Positions 50,931 through 62,511 of a stretch of 64,000 nucleotides of DNA are shown in pieces. The translations under genes were made by a program, and so were the position numbers. Numbering within the stretch: the first letter of the stretch is position 1; each line of letters opens with the position of its first letter. Below the pieces are notes generated by a model, which did not search any database, had not been told where the DNA came from, and was given only the letters and a program-made list of their open reading frames with translations. Source of the stretch: Blasia pusilla (Eukaryota); NCBI GenBank assembly GCA_050084515.1, contig CM114271.1:28396001-28460000 (forward strand). Direction: 5' to 3'.

Positions 50931-52344
50931 TTGGAGTACCTTTGGACTTGCAACGTTGCGAGCACCATGGGTGCTAGAGAGTGGGATCGAATCCTACAGC
51001 GGGTCAGATGGTTCCGTTGGGAGGGGACACATGTTTTGAGGGTTTGGGAGGATGGCAGAGTACGCGTAGTGCCGTTTCCTTCGCAGAGAGCACGACTAGT
51101 TCAGCATGCTCACGAGGAGTTGGGTCACTTTGGGGTGAACCGGACATACAGCTTGCTCCAGATTCAGTATTGGTGGCGAGGCATGCAGACTCACGTTCAT
51201 CAATTTGTTGCCAAGTGCATGGTGTGTGATCTGGTCGGAGCATCGTTCAATGCTCCGACTCCACAGTTGCATCCATTACCGATCATGGGCTTAGGTTATA
51301 GATGGAGTTTGGATTTTGCAGGACCTTTGCCTTTGACGAAGCATCACAGTCGTTATGTATTGGTGATGGTCGAGCACTTCTCGAAGTGGATCAAGTTGGT
51401 TGCATTTCTTGACAAAGAAAGTAAGGGAGTAGCTTATGCCTTCCTTGATAGAGTGTTGAGTCATTATGGCGCACCGGCTGAGGTGTTGACAGATCAGGGT
51501 AAGGAGTTTCGCGGTGAGTTCTAGGCCTTGTGTGATCAGGCGTTGATCAACCATCGCACTACTTCGCGAGATCATCCTGAGGCGGATGGATTAGCGGAGA
51601 GAGTTGTGCAAACGGTGAAGAGGGGTTTACGCAAGTATGGCTTGCAGAGGGGTCACCTAGGAGATTGGGACCTCCAGTTGCCCTGGTTGGCGATGGGATA
51701 CAGATTCAGCAAGCAAGCATCCTTAGCATTCACCGTACTTGCTTCTTTATGGCCAAGAGCCAGATTTACCTGCGGACATTCGTCGAGATGTTGGTGAGGT
51801 GCTGGACCTTGATGACCCAGATGTATGGATGCGAGCATGTTCTCAGAGGGCTGAGTTATTTCGGAGAGTGATGCCCATGGCGTTCGAGAACTTGGCGATT
51901 GTGCAGCATGGGGATACGTTCAGGTATGCGACTATTGAGGGTGGTGGTTATCGACCAATTATCCGGAGGTTTCATCAAGGAGATTATGTCTACTTGCAGC
52001 AGACGGCACCGACGATGTTGGATGTGACTGTAGGGCGCACTATCCAGAGAGTGCGTGACGTTTTGCCATCCGGTGTTCTCTTGCTGGAGGGACGCGGTGG
52101 TATGGTATGGAAGGACCATGTGCATAATTGTGCGCCATGTCACCTTCCTAACATTGATGGTACAGTCGATCCGAGCTTAGCAAAAGTTCCTGCAGGCTTA
52201 CGTTGTATGTTGTGTGGTTCTGCGCGTGGTGCGGCCACAATGCTAGTCTATGATGGATGTTCGAGAGGTTGGCATATGGCATGTTTGATGCCACCTCTCA
52301 CTAGGGTTCCTCGGGGACGATGGATGTGTCCCAGATGTACATAG
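50931..52344 (+). pseudogene. Gypsy integrase with C-terminal PHD finger (copy 2)
   Basis: HHCC (HEELGH...CMVC), LDFAGP, LTDQGKEF, GLAERVV (D,D,E), then CMLC...DGC..GWHMACLMPPL..VP.G.WMCPRC. Confidence 0.92.
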
Positions 52345-52532
52345 AGGAGATATTAGGTACGTTTGGATTTTGACTTTAAATGTGATATGGATGACATGAA
52401 GGCGACTAACGATGGGCCCATATGAGCACCTAACCTTCTTGCTCTTAGCGTTTGAGAGATGTATGTCATGGTAGGTAGGGATAGATGGTTATCTGGAATT
52501 AGAGGGACCTAACCACCAGCTAGGGGGGCGAT

Positions 52533-52658
52533 TGGAGATATTTTAGGACTTCTTGTCTCGTTGTTTGGATGCCATGAGTTAGCATGGGATCGTGCGTGTT
52601 TGTGTGTGTGTTCGATGACAACGATGTATATTGTGTAGCGATGTATATGCGCACGACA
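52533..52658 (+). repeat. Repeat B1 (TG...CA) following purine tract AGGGGGGCGA (52522-52531)
   Basis: Repeated at 53148-53258. Confidence 0.8.
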
Positions 52659-52660
52659 AC

Positions 52661-53147
52661 TGTCACATCTTTTAGGATAGATCGGTGAGATCTAGTAGAG
52701 CGCCTTCGTGAGTAGTGGAGGACTGGCTGAGTAGGTTGAGGATGACCTGCTGAGGCCCCGAGAAACCTGAGAGAGCATATTTCCCCTTCGTTTCGGCTCA
52801 TTTAGAGTCATATTAAGGAACTTAGTATTTTAGGTAAATACCATTTTGAGTATATGATTGACTTTCTATTTTTGGTAAATGTCCCTTAACCTCCTACATC
52901 ACGTCAAGAGCCAAGGAGGTGGCTTGGGAGAATAGGTTACCATGGAGAGAGCTTGGGAGAGAGGAGGGGTATACCTCAAGGAGAGAGAGCTTGAGAGCTC
53001 ATTCTCTCTTTGTTGAACCTCTTGGCATGAGGCGGCGGAGCTATGGTCCCTTGCCTTGTGAGTGTAACCCAAGCCTCTCATTAGGAGAGTGGGGTTGGTT
53101 TGACATGAGAGAGAGTGCACACCTTTGGGAGCTATGGTGTGAGATGG
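52661..53147 (+). repeat. 3' copy of terminal repeat A (Gypsy copy 2)
   Basis: TGTCACATCTTTTAGGATAG...; matches 39605-40090. Confidence 0.9.
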
Positions 53148-53258
53148 TGTAGATATATTTTATGACTTATTGTCTCGTTGTTTGGATGCCACGAGTTAGC
53201 ATGGGATTGTGCGTGTTTGTGTGTGTGTTCGGTGACAACGATGTGTATGCGCATGACA
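53148..53258 (+). repeat. Repeat B2 forming the right terminus of Gypsy copy 2
   Basis: TGTAGATAT...GCATGACA; Copia C RT resumes immediately after it. Confidence 0.8.
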
Positions 53259-56200
53259 AGATCGTCAGCATACAACACAATGATAACCATATGATCTTGT
53301 CCTCTCAAGATATATAACGAGGAGTTGGAATCACATACCCTAAAACCTAACTCTTGTAGGACGTATGTAATCTTGCCATACCAAGCGCTTGGAGCTTGTT
53401 TGAGCCCGTATAGAGCTTTCTTAAACCTGTATACGCGAAATGGAAACTCGGGATGCTCATATCCAGGTGGTTGAGTCATATATACCTCTTCATATAGATC
53501 TCCATTCAAAAAGATATTATAGACGTCCATTTGATGTAATCTCCACTTCATACTTATTGCAACTACATGCAACCATTGTTCTCGTAGTCGCCATTTTTGC
53601 AATAGGGCTAAATGTTTCCTCATAATAGATGCCATATTGTTGTGCATAGCTCTTAGCCACTAATCTTGCTTTGTATTTGTTAACAATATCGTCTTGATTG
53701 CGCTTGATTTTATAAACCCATTTCCAACCAATAGCTTCCTTACCATAAGGTATATCAACCAGCTTCCATCTCTGTTGCTGTCTTAATGTAGCAAGCTCTT
53801 CCTCCATAGCTTCAATCCATTCAACTTTATTTGCAACTTCTTCAAAACAACTCAGCTCTTGTTCTTGAAGGGTTATCATCATATATGCAAGATGTGTCAT
53901 AAGAAAATCTATGAACATGATGTGTTACTCTTCTTGATCTACAAAGTTTTTGTTTAGAGGTAGATACCTCTGACACTTGACTTGAGCTTTGACTAGTGTT
54001 AGTAGATTGAATACGTATTCTTCCCGTCCATAAACTCACAGATTTAACTAACGAATATAAGACCTCTCCTAATCGTGCACTAGTACTTAGGGAATTTGAA
54101 GGCAATGTTCCGTTGGTTTACAGTCATATTCTCCCCTCAACAGACAAATTTAGATGTGGAATAGGCTTAGATGGAGCATACCATGACTTTAGCTCATCCA
54201 TAACAACATCGCGACTAATAATAAGCAGTCTAGAGCACGACTTATAATAAGCAGTCTAATAATAAGCAACCTAGGGAACGACTAATTATATCCTTTATTT
54301 CCATCAACGTAGCCAATGAATATACATCTTTCAGATTTGGGGTCTAATTTCTGATGTCTTTCAAAAGAAACATGAGCATAACAAATACAACCAAATACTT
54401 TCAAGAATGAAAAATCAGATTCACTTCGTGCGAAGACTTCGGATGGAGTCTTATCATGAATTCCTACTGTTAGAGTTTGGTTGATTAAGAAGACTGCACA
54501 GGCTACATCCTCTCCCCAATACACCTTAGGCATATTCTTCTCATTCCAACATAGCTCCTGTTGCCTCAACAATATGTCGAATCTTCCTCTCAGCCACTCC
54601 ATTTTGTTGTCGAGTGTAACGGCAAGTCACTTGACGTTGGATGCCATTCTAACGTAAGTTGTCATCAAACTTTGTTGAAATATACTCTCCTCCTCCATCA
54701 CAACGTAATTTTAGAATGTGTTATCCATTTTGCTTCTCTACTAGAACTTTGAATGTTTGGAACACTGAGAATACCTCTAACTTGGCTTTCAAAAAGTATA
54801 CCCATATATACCTAGAGAAGTCATCAATAAAAGAAATAAAGTACTGGAAATCACTAAGGTTATGTTGTGATGTTGTCCACACATCACTGTGAATCAACTC
54901 CAATATCTTGGATGGTCTTCTACCTTGCTTTGGAAAAGGAAATCTAGCTTGTTTCCCAAATTGGCAAGCATGACATACCTCCAACATAGCAAGACTCGCT
55001 AATTTAAGAAGTCTTATTACTATAATAGATGATGAAAGACTCTATAATCTTTGAAGATTCATATGTCCAAATCTCTTATACCACACATTTAGATCTCTGA
55101 CTTGTTGGTCAATTTGACCATACATTGATGTTTGAATTTCTAACATAGAAATATCTAATTTGAACATTCTGCCAGATCTATTTCCTTTGTCTATCATAGT
55201 CTCGTCATCCATTCTTTCAATGAAACAACCATCTGTGTTAAACTTCACTTGATAATCTTGTTATACTATCTATCCTACACATATTAAGTTTATTGCAATG
55301 ATAGGAACATAGAGAACATTTCCAAGGGCACTAAGACCATCTGATGTTATTGGAACTTTATCGATGTGCAGGATATGATGTTGAGTGTCATCTCCTGTGA
55401 GCACAATTGCAGGATCTTTCATTGGCTCCATACTACTGAACCATTTAGCTTGTGAGGTCATGTGATTTGATGCACCAAAGTCAATGTACCAATTTGCTGT
55501 TGAGTCTTTCTTGACCATTGCTCCCATATGATGAAGCATGATCAAGAGATGCTTAGTTTGTGAATGTTATTGTTCTTGGTAGTGCCCTTTATGTTGTTGC
55601 TCCTCATAGTTTTGTTGATGTAAGGCTTTTGTTCTCATATGTGCCTTCTTCTTGAAGCAAAATTTTGCAGAGTGATCCTTTATTCCACAATAATTGCAAG
55701 ATCCATGAACCCTCTAATGTTGACATCAACCCCAACGGTTTCCAGCATCACCACCTTGTGATTATATGTGGTACTGATTCGTAGTTGATTGAGTGATATT
55801 ATATTGAGTGCCTCTTCCTTCATATGTTTGATATCCAACACAATCACGGAAGCTTCTACCAAGACCCCTGCCTTTGTTTAATCCATAACCTGAAAATACC
55901 ACACTCTCTTGTATAGTAGACGAGCTACCTTGCCTACTAGGCGCATCTCTTCATTGATTAACAGCGAGACTAACTCTTGAAAGATTGGATACTTCTCTCT
56001 CACTAAGATAGAGGTCTCAAAGGACTTGGCATCCTTTCTAAGGCCTTGAAGAGTGAACAAAATCACATCATCATCTTCTATTGTCATTCCAATGCTATTT
56101 AGCTAATCAATAATATGTCTGATACTCAAAACATAATCATCGATGCTCTACGATCCTTTCCTCACTTTGTTGAATTGCTATTTCAATTGAAGCTTCATGG

Positions 56201-56507
56201 CCTTTGTAGATATTTGGAACAACTTTTCCAATGCATCCCATGTCTCCTTCAGAGTACCAACATCTTGAATGTGACCTATCATTGGCGAACTTATCGTTAT
56301 TGAAATGTAGTTGATCACTTGCCTTGCGCGTTTGTTCTAAACACGAATATTCAAGTTTGTTCAGTCACCTTTTGGCTTGGCCTCATTACTTATGGCAAGC
56401 TCCCATAGTTCTTGAACCACGAGAAATTGTTTCATGCGAAACTTCCAAATATTGTAATTCTGCTTATCTAGCTTATCGCATATGATTGCTATTGAGGAAT
56501 ACTCCAT
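53259..56507 (-). pseudogene. Copia C gag-PR-INT-RT
   Basis: KLDKQNYNIWKFRMK, WYIDFGASNHMT, CHACQFGKQ, LIHSDVW, FIDDFSRY, WKWVYKIK, LYGLKQAP, LYADDL. Confidence 0.92.
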
Positions 56508-56980
56508 GACGAATGATTTCACTCACACAAATATAATTTCAGGCTCTCCACTACTCCAATTGAAGCATATATCACTCCTACATATAAATTGACCTTAAAT
56601 TTGCCAAAATTGATCAACTGCATGAGCTAACTAGTCAAAATTGGCATGTAGAGAGCAAACTACACAACTTTTCTTCACTAATTACAATTTCCTACACTTA
56701 AATAAATGGCTACTACATGAGCTCACAATGTAAAAATTGAAAGATTTTGGTTGCGTTGGAAAGCTCTTGACGAGCTCAATCGATCGGAAAACCCTAAAAA
56801 ATGCCTCCAAAATTTTATCACCGTCAAAGCTCCACTGTCAACGCTCCACTTGAAATAGGTACCCATTTAGCTCTAAACAAGATTTCCTTCTTCCAAACTA
56901 AAATCGTACCTTCTCTTGCCTCTCTGCTCTCCTCAAACACCAAGAATTGCAAGTGATGTTCTTCTATCGCTCTAATACCA

Positions 56981-57295
56981 TGTAGAAAACTGCTAAATAA
57001 GCATAAATGGTGGGAAACGGCTCACACTCACATGCCACCATGCATGAAGAACAAAATTTTATAATGAGAGAATGAGTGGAGGTTGGTCCTCTTATGTATT
57101 ATATAGTGTATGTACAAGCAACCCTAACCCTAATCTTAACTATAGTCTCAAGTTAGACTAACTGTGATTAACTAACCCTAATTAAGATAATTGAGCTTAA
57201 ATGACTAACCAAAATTAAGCTTCCCTACTTCGTGTGAGTACCAAATGTAATAGTTCAGGTGTCTCGTGAGCTTGATTGTAACTCAATCTTCAATA
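56981..57295 (-). repeat. Copia C 5' LTR (outer boundary tentative)
   Basis: Inner end CA abuts the PBS; outer end TATTGAAG is read as a mutated TGTTGAAG; TATA-like sequence near 57100. No second LTR to confirm against. Confidence 0.6.
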
Positions 57296-57298
57296 ACG

Positions 57299-57498
57299 CA
57301 CACACCACTCAACGGACTAGCTCTACGCACGAACGAGAGGACTCTAGTTCCAAGAGGGAAGGGAGAGCTAGAGGGTCGAATAAGGGAAAGAAGGGACCCA
57401 CACACCACTCAGTGGACTAGCTCTACGCACAAACCAGGGGACTCTGGTTCCACGAGGGAATGGAAAGCTAGGGGGGCGAATAAGGGAAAGAAGGGACA
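57299..57498. repeat. Two-copy tandem duplication, 100-bp period
   Basis: CACACCACTC..GGACTAGCTCTACGCAC...GAATAAGGGAAAGAAGGGAC at 57301 and 57401. Confidence 0.9.
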
Positions 57499-57842
57499 TG
57501 AAATTTATTTTTAAAAATGAGAATACCATAGAAGGGTCTTGGTTTATATGGGAAATAAGGGAGATATGAACTTAAAAAAAAAGAAAAAAAAAGAGGAAGG
57601 TTTAAGGTTTCATGAGACTTTCATGGGTGATTTAAAATTAGACTATGCTCATGATGGACAACTTAGATCTTCTTAATTATTCATAAAACTAACAATAATA
57701 ATTCACTTTGCCGCTTTCACCGTACATTTTTTTATTTCGTCCCGAAAGCTTGAAATCCTTCAAAGAAAATTTATGTTTGTTATTGGAACTGAATCCCATC
57801 ACCGTGATTATTTTAAAGATTTATAGATGACCATGAGTGAAG

Positions 57843-58659
57843 TTCTTCCAAAATCTTGTATCGAGAGGAAGAACTACGGTCTTTATTAAATTTTCCGTTG
57901 GTTTTACCTAAAAACCTTCTCCCACGGTTGGATGGAGATCAAAATTTGCAACGAGAAGTATAACACCTTCTTCAACCGCTTGAGCAATTTTGATCTTCCT
58001 TTTTAACCTCCAATTTGGATTTTTAAATACCCATCATCGGAACCATCTGCCATTTTTTACTCCCTTCATGTAGGTGCATTCACATTGAAAAAAATCACCA
58101 TGCCTCAAACCCTAATTTCACATGCTCTGGAAACGTTTCAGGCTTTTTGAGTCAGCAAGACTCCACTTGTGTCCTCTTATGTTGGGGAGTTATAGTTATT
58201 GCCCACATCTCCAGTGGATTTGATCTTCCCACCATTGGATGGCCTTATAACTTTGCGGGTTGATGGAAAACATGCTTTTCTAAAGGATGCACAGTTCAGA
58301 TATTGCTAGTTATCCACACATAAAGAGATAAACATTTAGATTCCCTCTTTCATTGTGCATTTTTTATTCCGTGATCAAACCTCAAAATCCTCTGAAAAAA
58401 GAATATTCTAGGCTCTCGAAAGTGAGCTCCATCTTTGTGAAAAGTTCCAAGATTTATGGATGAGAAGGGATGGAATTTTGCCAAAATGTTGCATCAAGAG
58501 GAATAACTAAGGTCTTCCAAGAGGGATTCTTCGTAGTGTTGTTAAAATTTCCATTAGTTTTACCTTAAAACCTTCTTCCACCATTAGATGGAGCTCAAAA
58601 TCTGCAAGGATAAGTATAACATCCTCTTCAACCGCTTGAAAGGTTTCGATCTTCCTTTT
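57843..58659. repeat. Dispersed direct repeat of about 160-180 bp (57843-58003 and 58477-58659) inside the CACTA remnant
   Basis: Shared CCAAAAT...GAGGAA...AAAACCTTCT...GATGGAG...AAGTATAACA...CTTCAACCGCTTGA...GATCTTCCTTTT. Confidence 0.8.
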
Positions 58660-59029
58660 CATTGTGTGGATTCTTTCATTAATTATGTAAGGAGTATTTA
58701 AATTAATTAATTCCTTATTTTTAATGGAATCTTTTCATAGTTCCTCCTAAGGTTGGTTTTGTGGTAAAATCATTTTGTTAACCAATATTCTCCAAATTAT
58801 GTTTTCTAACACATGTGTGTGAGAAAATAACTCACATTATTGAACGAGTCACGGGATATGACTAGAACATGACTGAGTCATTTCTAATATTATTTGAGTC
58901 ATTAGATAATGACTCGTTTGGTTTTCCAAGTCATAAAAAATGACTGGACCAATAGAGTTATACTTTGAGTCATTTTGTGCACAAAGTCATTCTAAGTAAA
59001 GTCATAAAAACCATAGTTTTCTTTTAGTG

Positions 59030-60870
59030 ATTACATGGGAGCCTTCCTTGTAATCACTAAAAGATTTATAAAGTAAACCTGGACATGGGTTTGTTGTGCT
59101 AACTACAGGGACGTAGGTACAAAATTTTGGATGTCACACATTCCAGATGAGCACCATCTATCCATAGTATCATATGGCATTGGACGCTACCTCTACCATG
59201 TATCTCGTAGCAAATAAGATAGTCATGCACCTCACTAATTATTTTAGGCCCTGAGACGATGAATAATGAAATGAATGAATTGAGTCTAACGTGGAAAAAG
59301 CTCAACGCATTGAGTTGGAGCATCATGCGAGGTGAAAGTGGGATTGAATTTGGTTACTAATGATTACATATTAGTGAATTCCGACCATCATATAGCAAAA
59401 ACCTCATATGAAGTGAGAGTGAGGAGCAATTGTGGCATTCCCCATTTATGCACCATAGCCTAAAAATCCTTTAGATGTCGCCTATGTTAGGATGGGCTAC
59501 TTGGAACATGAGGACTAACTCAATACTTGCAAAGCTTATGATATAATTCTTCTTCAAAGAGGTAGGGTCTATCTATCTTGAGCTTATCTAACTCCTCATT
59601 AAGTATAAATGTTCGCAAATTTGAACATAAGGCAATAGACTGGCATAATTGGTGTTTTAGGAGTGGATATGGCTTGAGCAATTATAAGGGATTGAAACAC
59701 CAATGAGACCTACTGCGCATATACTCTAAGAAGGTGGTAAGACTAGAAAAATATCTACAATGGAAGGGAAACACAAATGGGAAAGAGGTTGATTCTATGG
59801 TTAAATTTGGGTCGAGAGATGTACCACATGCAGTTGTCAATAACCAATCTTTTGAGAATGCACTTGCATGGAGGGAGATATTCCCATTGTCATATTTATC
59901 TGTAGATGTTCTCTTTTGCACAGGAAACGAGTAGGTTACGTCTTGCAATATGTTCAGCTTAGGGTGATAAGGATCATGGTTCATGCTTTGAATAACGTGC
60001 CCCTTATCTTGGGATTACTTTAGTATGCTTTGCACTAAAGATGGAGGCATCAAAACCAATCCGAATTAAGGGTTTGGTTACACTCTTAAGGTTCTATAAT
60101 CCTTGAATAGTGGATTAACTTATAGGTTAATGCACATTTTCTTATTCAAAGTAGGTGGAATAGGTGAGTGGCTTGCACATAAATTTTTGTTCACATTAAA
60201 TCTTATTAAAGGTGAATCTAGCAAGGAAATCATAGAGAAAAATTCCATATGGAAACCATTGAATTTTCTCTCAACACCCGTTATAGAATCCATAATAGAT
60301 AAAATATGTGTTTGTACGTAGAGGATCCATGATCACGACTGATCTAGTATAGGAGGGGATCTTTTTATCCAGTCAAATAAATGACTGCAAAAAAAATTTA
60401 AACGCCGAACCTATGTATACATGGAAGTGTGTAGGTGGTCTATATCTGATGCAGATATCATACAGGTATAATTTACCAGGACGGGTGTTATATGGTCTTT
60501 CAGAAAACCATTGCATAAAGCATATGTTGGGGTAGAGTCATATTCAAGTAGGCACATACGTGAACATGGGCTCCAATACTGCACATAACCACAATATCCA
60601 CAACACTGCATTTGTTTTTATTGACAATGAACATATTGAAATCCATTGGTTCATGTATAAATTTGCAAATGGCCAATTGTGGCATTGTGGTCTACATGCC
60701 AACCTTATGAGGAAAGCAACTCTGATTCTCTTGTAACCTCGAAACTTGATTAACATGCTCTTGTCGCATAGGCATGTCTTCTTGGTAGTCTTTATAAACC
60801 CTTGAACTTTCATGTGATATGTTTAACAAGTGCGTCCCATATGGTTTCCCTTTGATGCTAAGATTGGAAA
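59030..60870 (-). pseudogene. Rep (HUH endonuclease) N-terminal part of the third, Helitron2-like element
   Basis: CCGYCG; FPFVFP...EYMRSR; HVPSSP...RHLKDF*AMVHKWGMPQLLLTLT (motif 1); DYLICYEIHGRGSVQCHMILW (decayed HUH motif 2). Confidence 0.7.
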
Positions 60871-61510
60871 TCAATCAAGTTTCAACCAAGTAATGAGGTC
60901 TGAAACTCTGTAGGCACAATTTAGTCATGGATTGATGATATTGATGTGGTACAGGATGCAATCCTTAAGTTTCTTTAGTGCCAACTCTCATGCTCTGGAA
61001 TGTTACTAAATGCCCTTTCGAATATTGCATGAAAATTTTGGTATACCACATCTGTGTGAGTAAGGACTGTCATAACCAACTAGTGGGTTATCCATCATCA
61101 ATTTGCATGGATTAGTACAATAAATATAGGATTGATAATCAGTTTCATAAGCAAGCTTGGTTATTGGAATGTTGCATGAGAAGTTTCTTACATGCAAGAC
61201 GTAGAATCCTTGGGAGTCATTGCACTATCGTAATTGCTAAACTTTGGTAGTGAAAGTGGATCTATAAGTTGCATAGAAGAGCAACATAAGTAACACCATG
61301 CAGGTAATGACCAATCTAATAGAGCCGGCTCTGATGCATACTAAGTAGGAAACTAAGTAGCTTGAGAATAGAATGTATTATGTAGTTCTTTTGGTGAACT
61401 ATAGTAAATCGGCTCTCCTTGAGTTTCTAATTAGCTAGAAGATCATGTAGAAGTAGCACAAAACTAGTGCTAATGGGTATTCTCTACATGATAAGTTTGT
61501 GGTAGGTATT

Positions 61511-62511
61511 TGTCGCGCCCCTACTCTCCTTGAACGTCAATCTTTAGTGTTGTGGAAGCGTACATTCAGTAGGACACGATCTCATCATCGATCTGTACCC
61601 AAACACACACTCTTGTTAGTCACGTCCGGGCCAACCAGGGTTCCAACCCACCGAGTTCTCAACTCGGCGTCTCATCAAGCTCAACCTTCCTTAATTCATA
61701 GTTTCCAAAACGTGGCAAGTCCTTCAAGACTTGGATTAGACTTCCTGATTAGTCCAGGAACCTAAAACGGCACTTGCGCGCCTAGCGATCCTAACTGTTC
61801 AACGGACCTCGTGCGAGTTCCAAACCGAGACCCAAGTAATTGAGTCACGGGGTGAAATCCAAGGGGGATGTCTAAAATCGCCTCCGTAGACTTGGTTCAG
61901 GTTTTCCAACCCAACCCAAAACTCTCGATCCGTTCCATGCCCTTGAGCCGCCCCATGGCGCCCAAAGTGGGGGTTCGAGTTCCAAGCACTCTTGGAGACC
62001 TTCCCCCTTACTAGTACTTATGGGGTTCTCCATCAACCCCCCTTTTGGAAAAGGAGGGTCGGGCCCTTCATTGTGGCCCTCAACCCGACTCTACTTACAG
62101 TCGTTTCTGGGTTTCTTCTTAGTCGTTGCTTATGCGTTTGCAAAGATCTTTAGTGCGTTTGAACCGGCTTTCCATAAGCCTTCCAACGCACCCTTGTTTA
62201 ATCCAAATGGATCTTGGCGCTAAAAGTTATGGTTATAAATACAGTTGGAAACTCTCAAACACTAGTGGTGTTCCAAATCCGGATTCTTCCTTTGGCAAAC
62301 CACTTTCTAGACTCGACTCCTTTCAAGTCTTATTGCGCGTTTGGTCCAGGTTTCTTGGTCGCGACCACAACATCTGAAACGCGAAGCCTCGCTTGCGTCT
62401 CGTCTCTTGTCTCTTCTTCGAGACTACTCCAATGCGCAAACCATCTTAGCGTGAGCCCGCTAATGTTCCGATGTTCCGCTTGGCACTCGTTTGGTCATGA
62501 GGGTCGCGACA
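61511..62511. mobile_element. Solo LTR (1001 bp)
   Basis: Perfect 7-bp inverted termini TGTCGCG...CGCGACA flanked by perfect 5-bp TSD GTATT (61506-61510 and 62512-62516); no coding content. Confidence 0.9.

Larger units (their letters stand above)
39605..53258 (+). mobile_element. Ty3/Gypsy retrotransposon, DNMT+PHD family, copy 2
   Basis: Termini TGTCAC...ATGACA; sits inside the Copia C RT motif (YADDL|LIT) with about 4 extra bases; order gag-PR(deleted core)-DNMT-RT-RH-INT-PHD. Confidence 0.92.
33823..57295 (-). mobile_element. Ty1/Copia element C (3' LTR lost; interrupted by Copia D and Gypsy copy 2)
   Basis: PBS TGGTATTAGAGC at 56969-56980; gag ATG at 56507; PR WYIDFGASNHMT; INT; RT ...LYADDL; continues at 39442-39604 and 33823-34408 (RNase H NPVFHARTKYVEV). 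Confidence 0.88.
33655..59029. mobile_element. CACTA (En/Spm)-type DNA transposon remnant: termini only, interior occupied by retroelements
   Basis: Left TACTAGAAGAAATC versus right (reverse complement) CACTAAAAGAAAAC, 11/14 match; dense ATGACT/AGTCAT subterminal motifs at 33670-33820 and 58850-59010. The 3-bp flanks (TTA/ATT) do not match; no transposase seen. Confidence 0.6.

Noticed and set aside
39605-53258. DIRS/Ngaro tyrosine-recombinase element, suggested by split repeats plus a methyltransferase
   Set aside because: Encodes an HHCC/DDE integrase and (in copy 1) an aspartic protease; no tyrosine recombinase motifs seen; the MTase is C5-cytosine type, not the adenine type of DIRS.
57119-57182. 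Telomere-like (CCCTAA) motifs
   Set aside because: Only two or three units inside an LTR; not an array.
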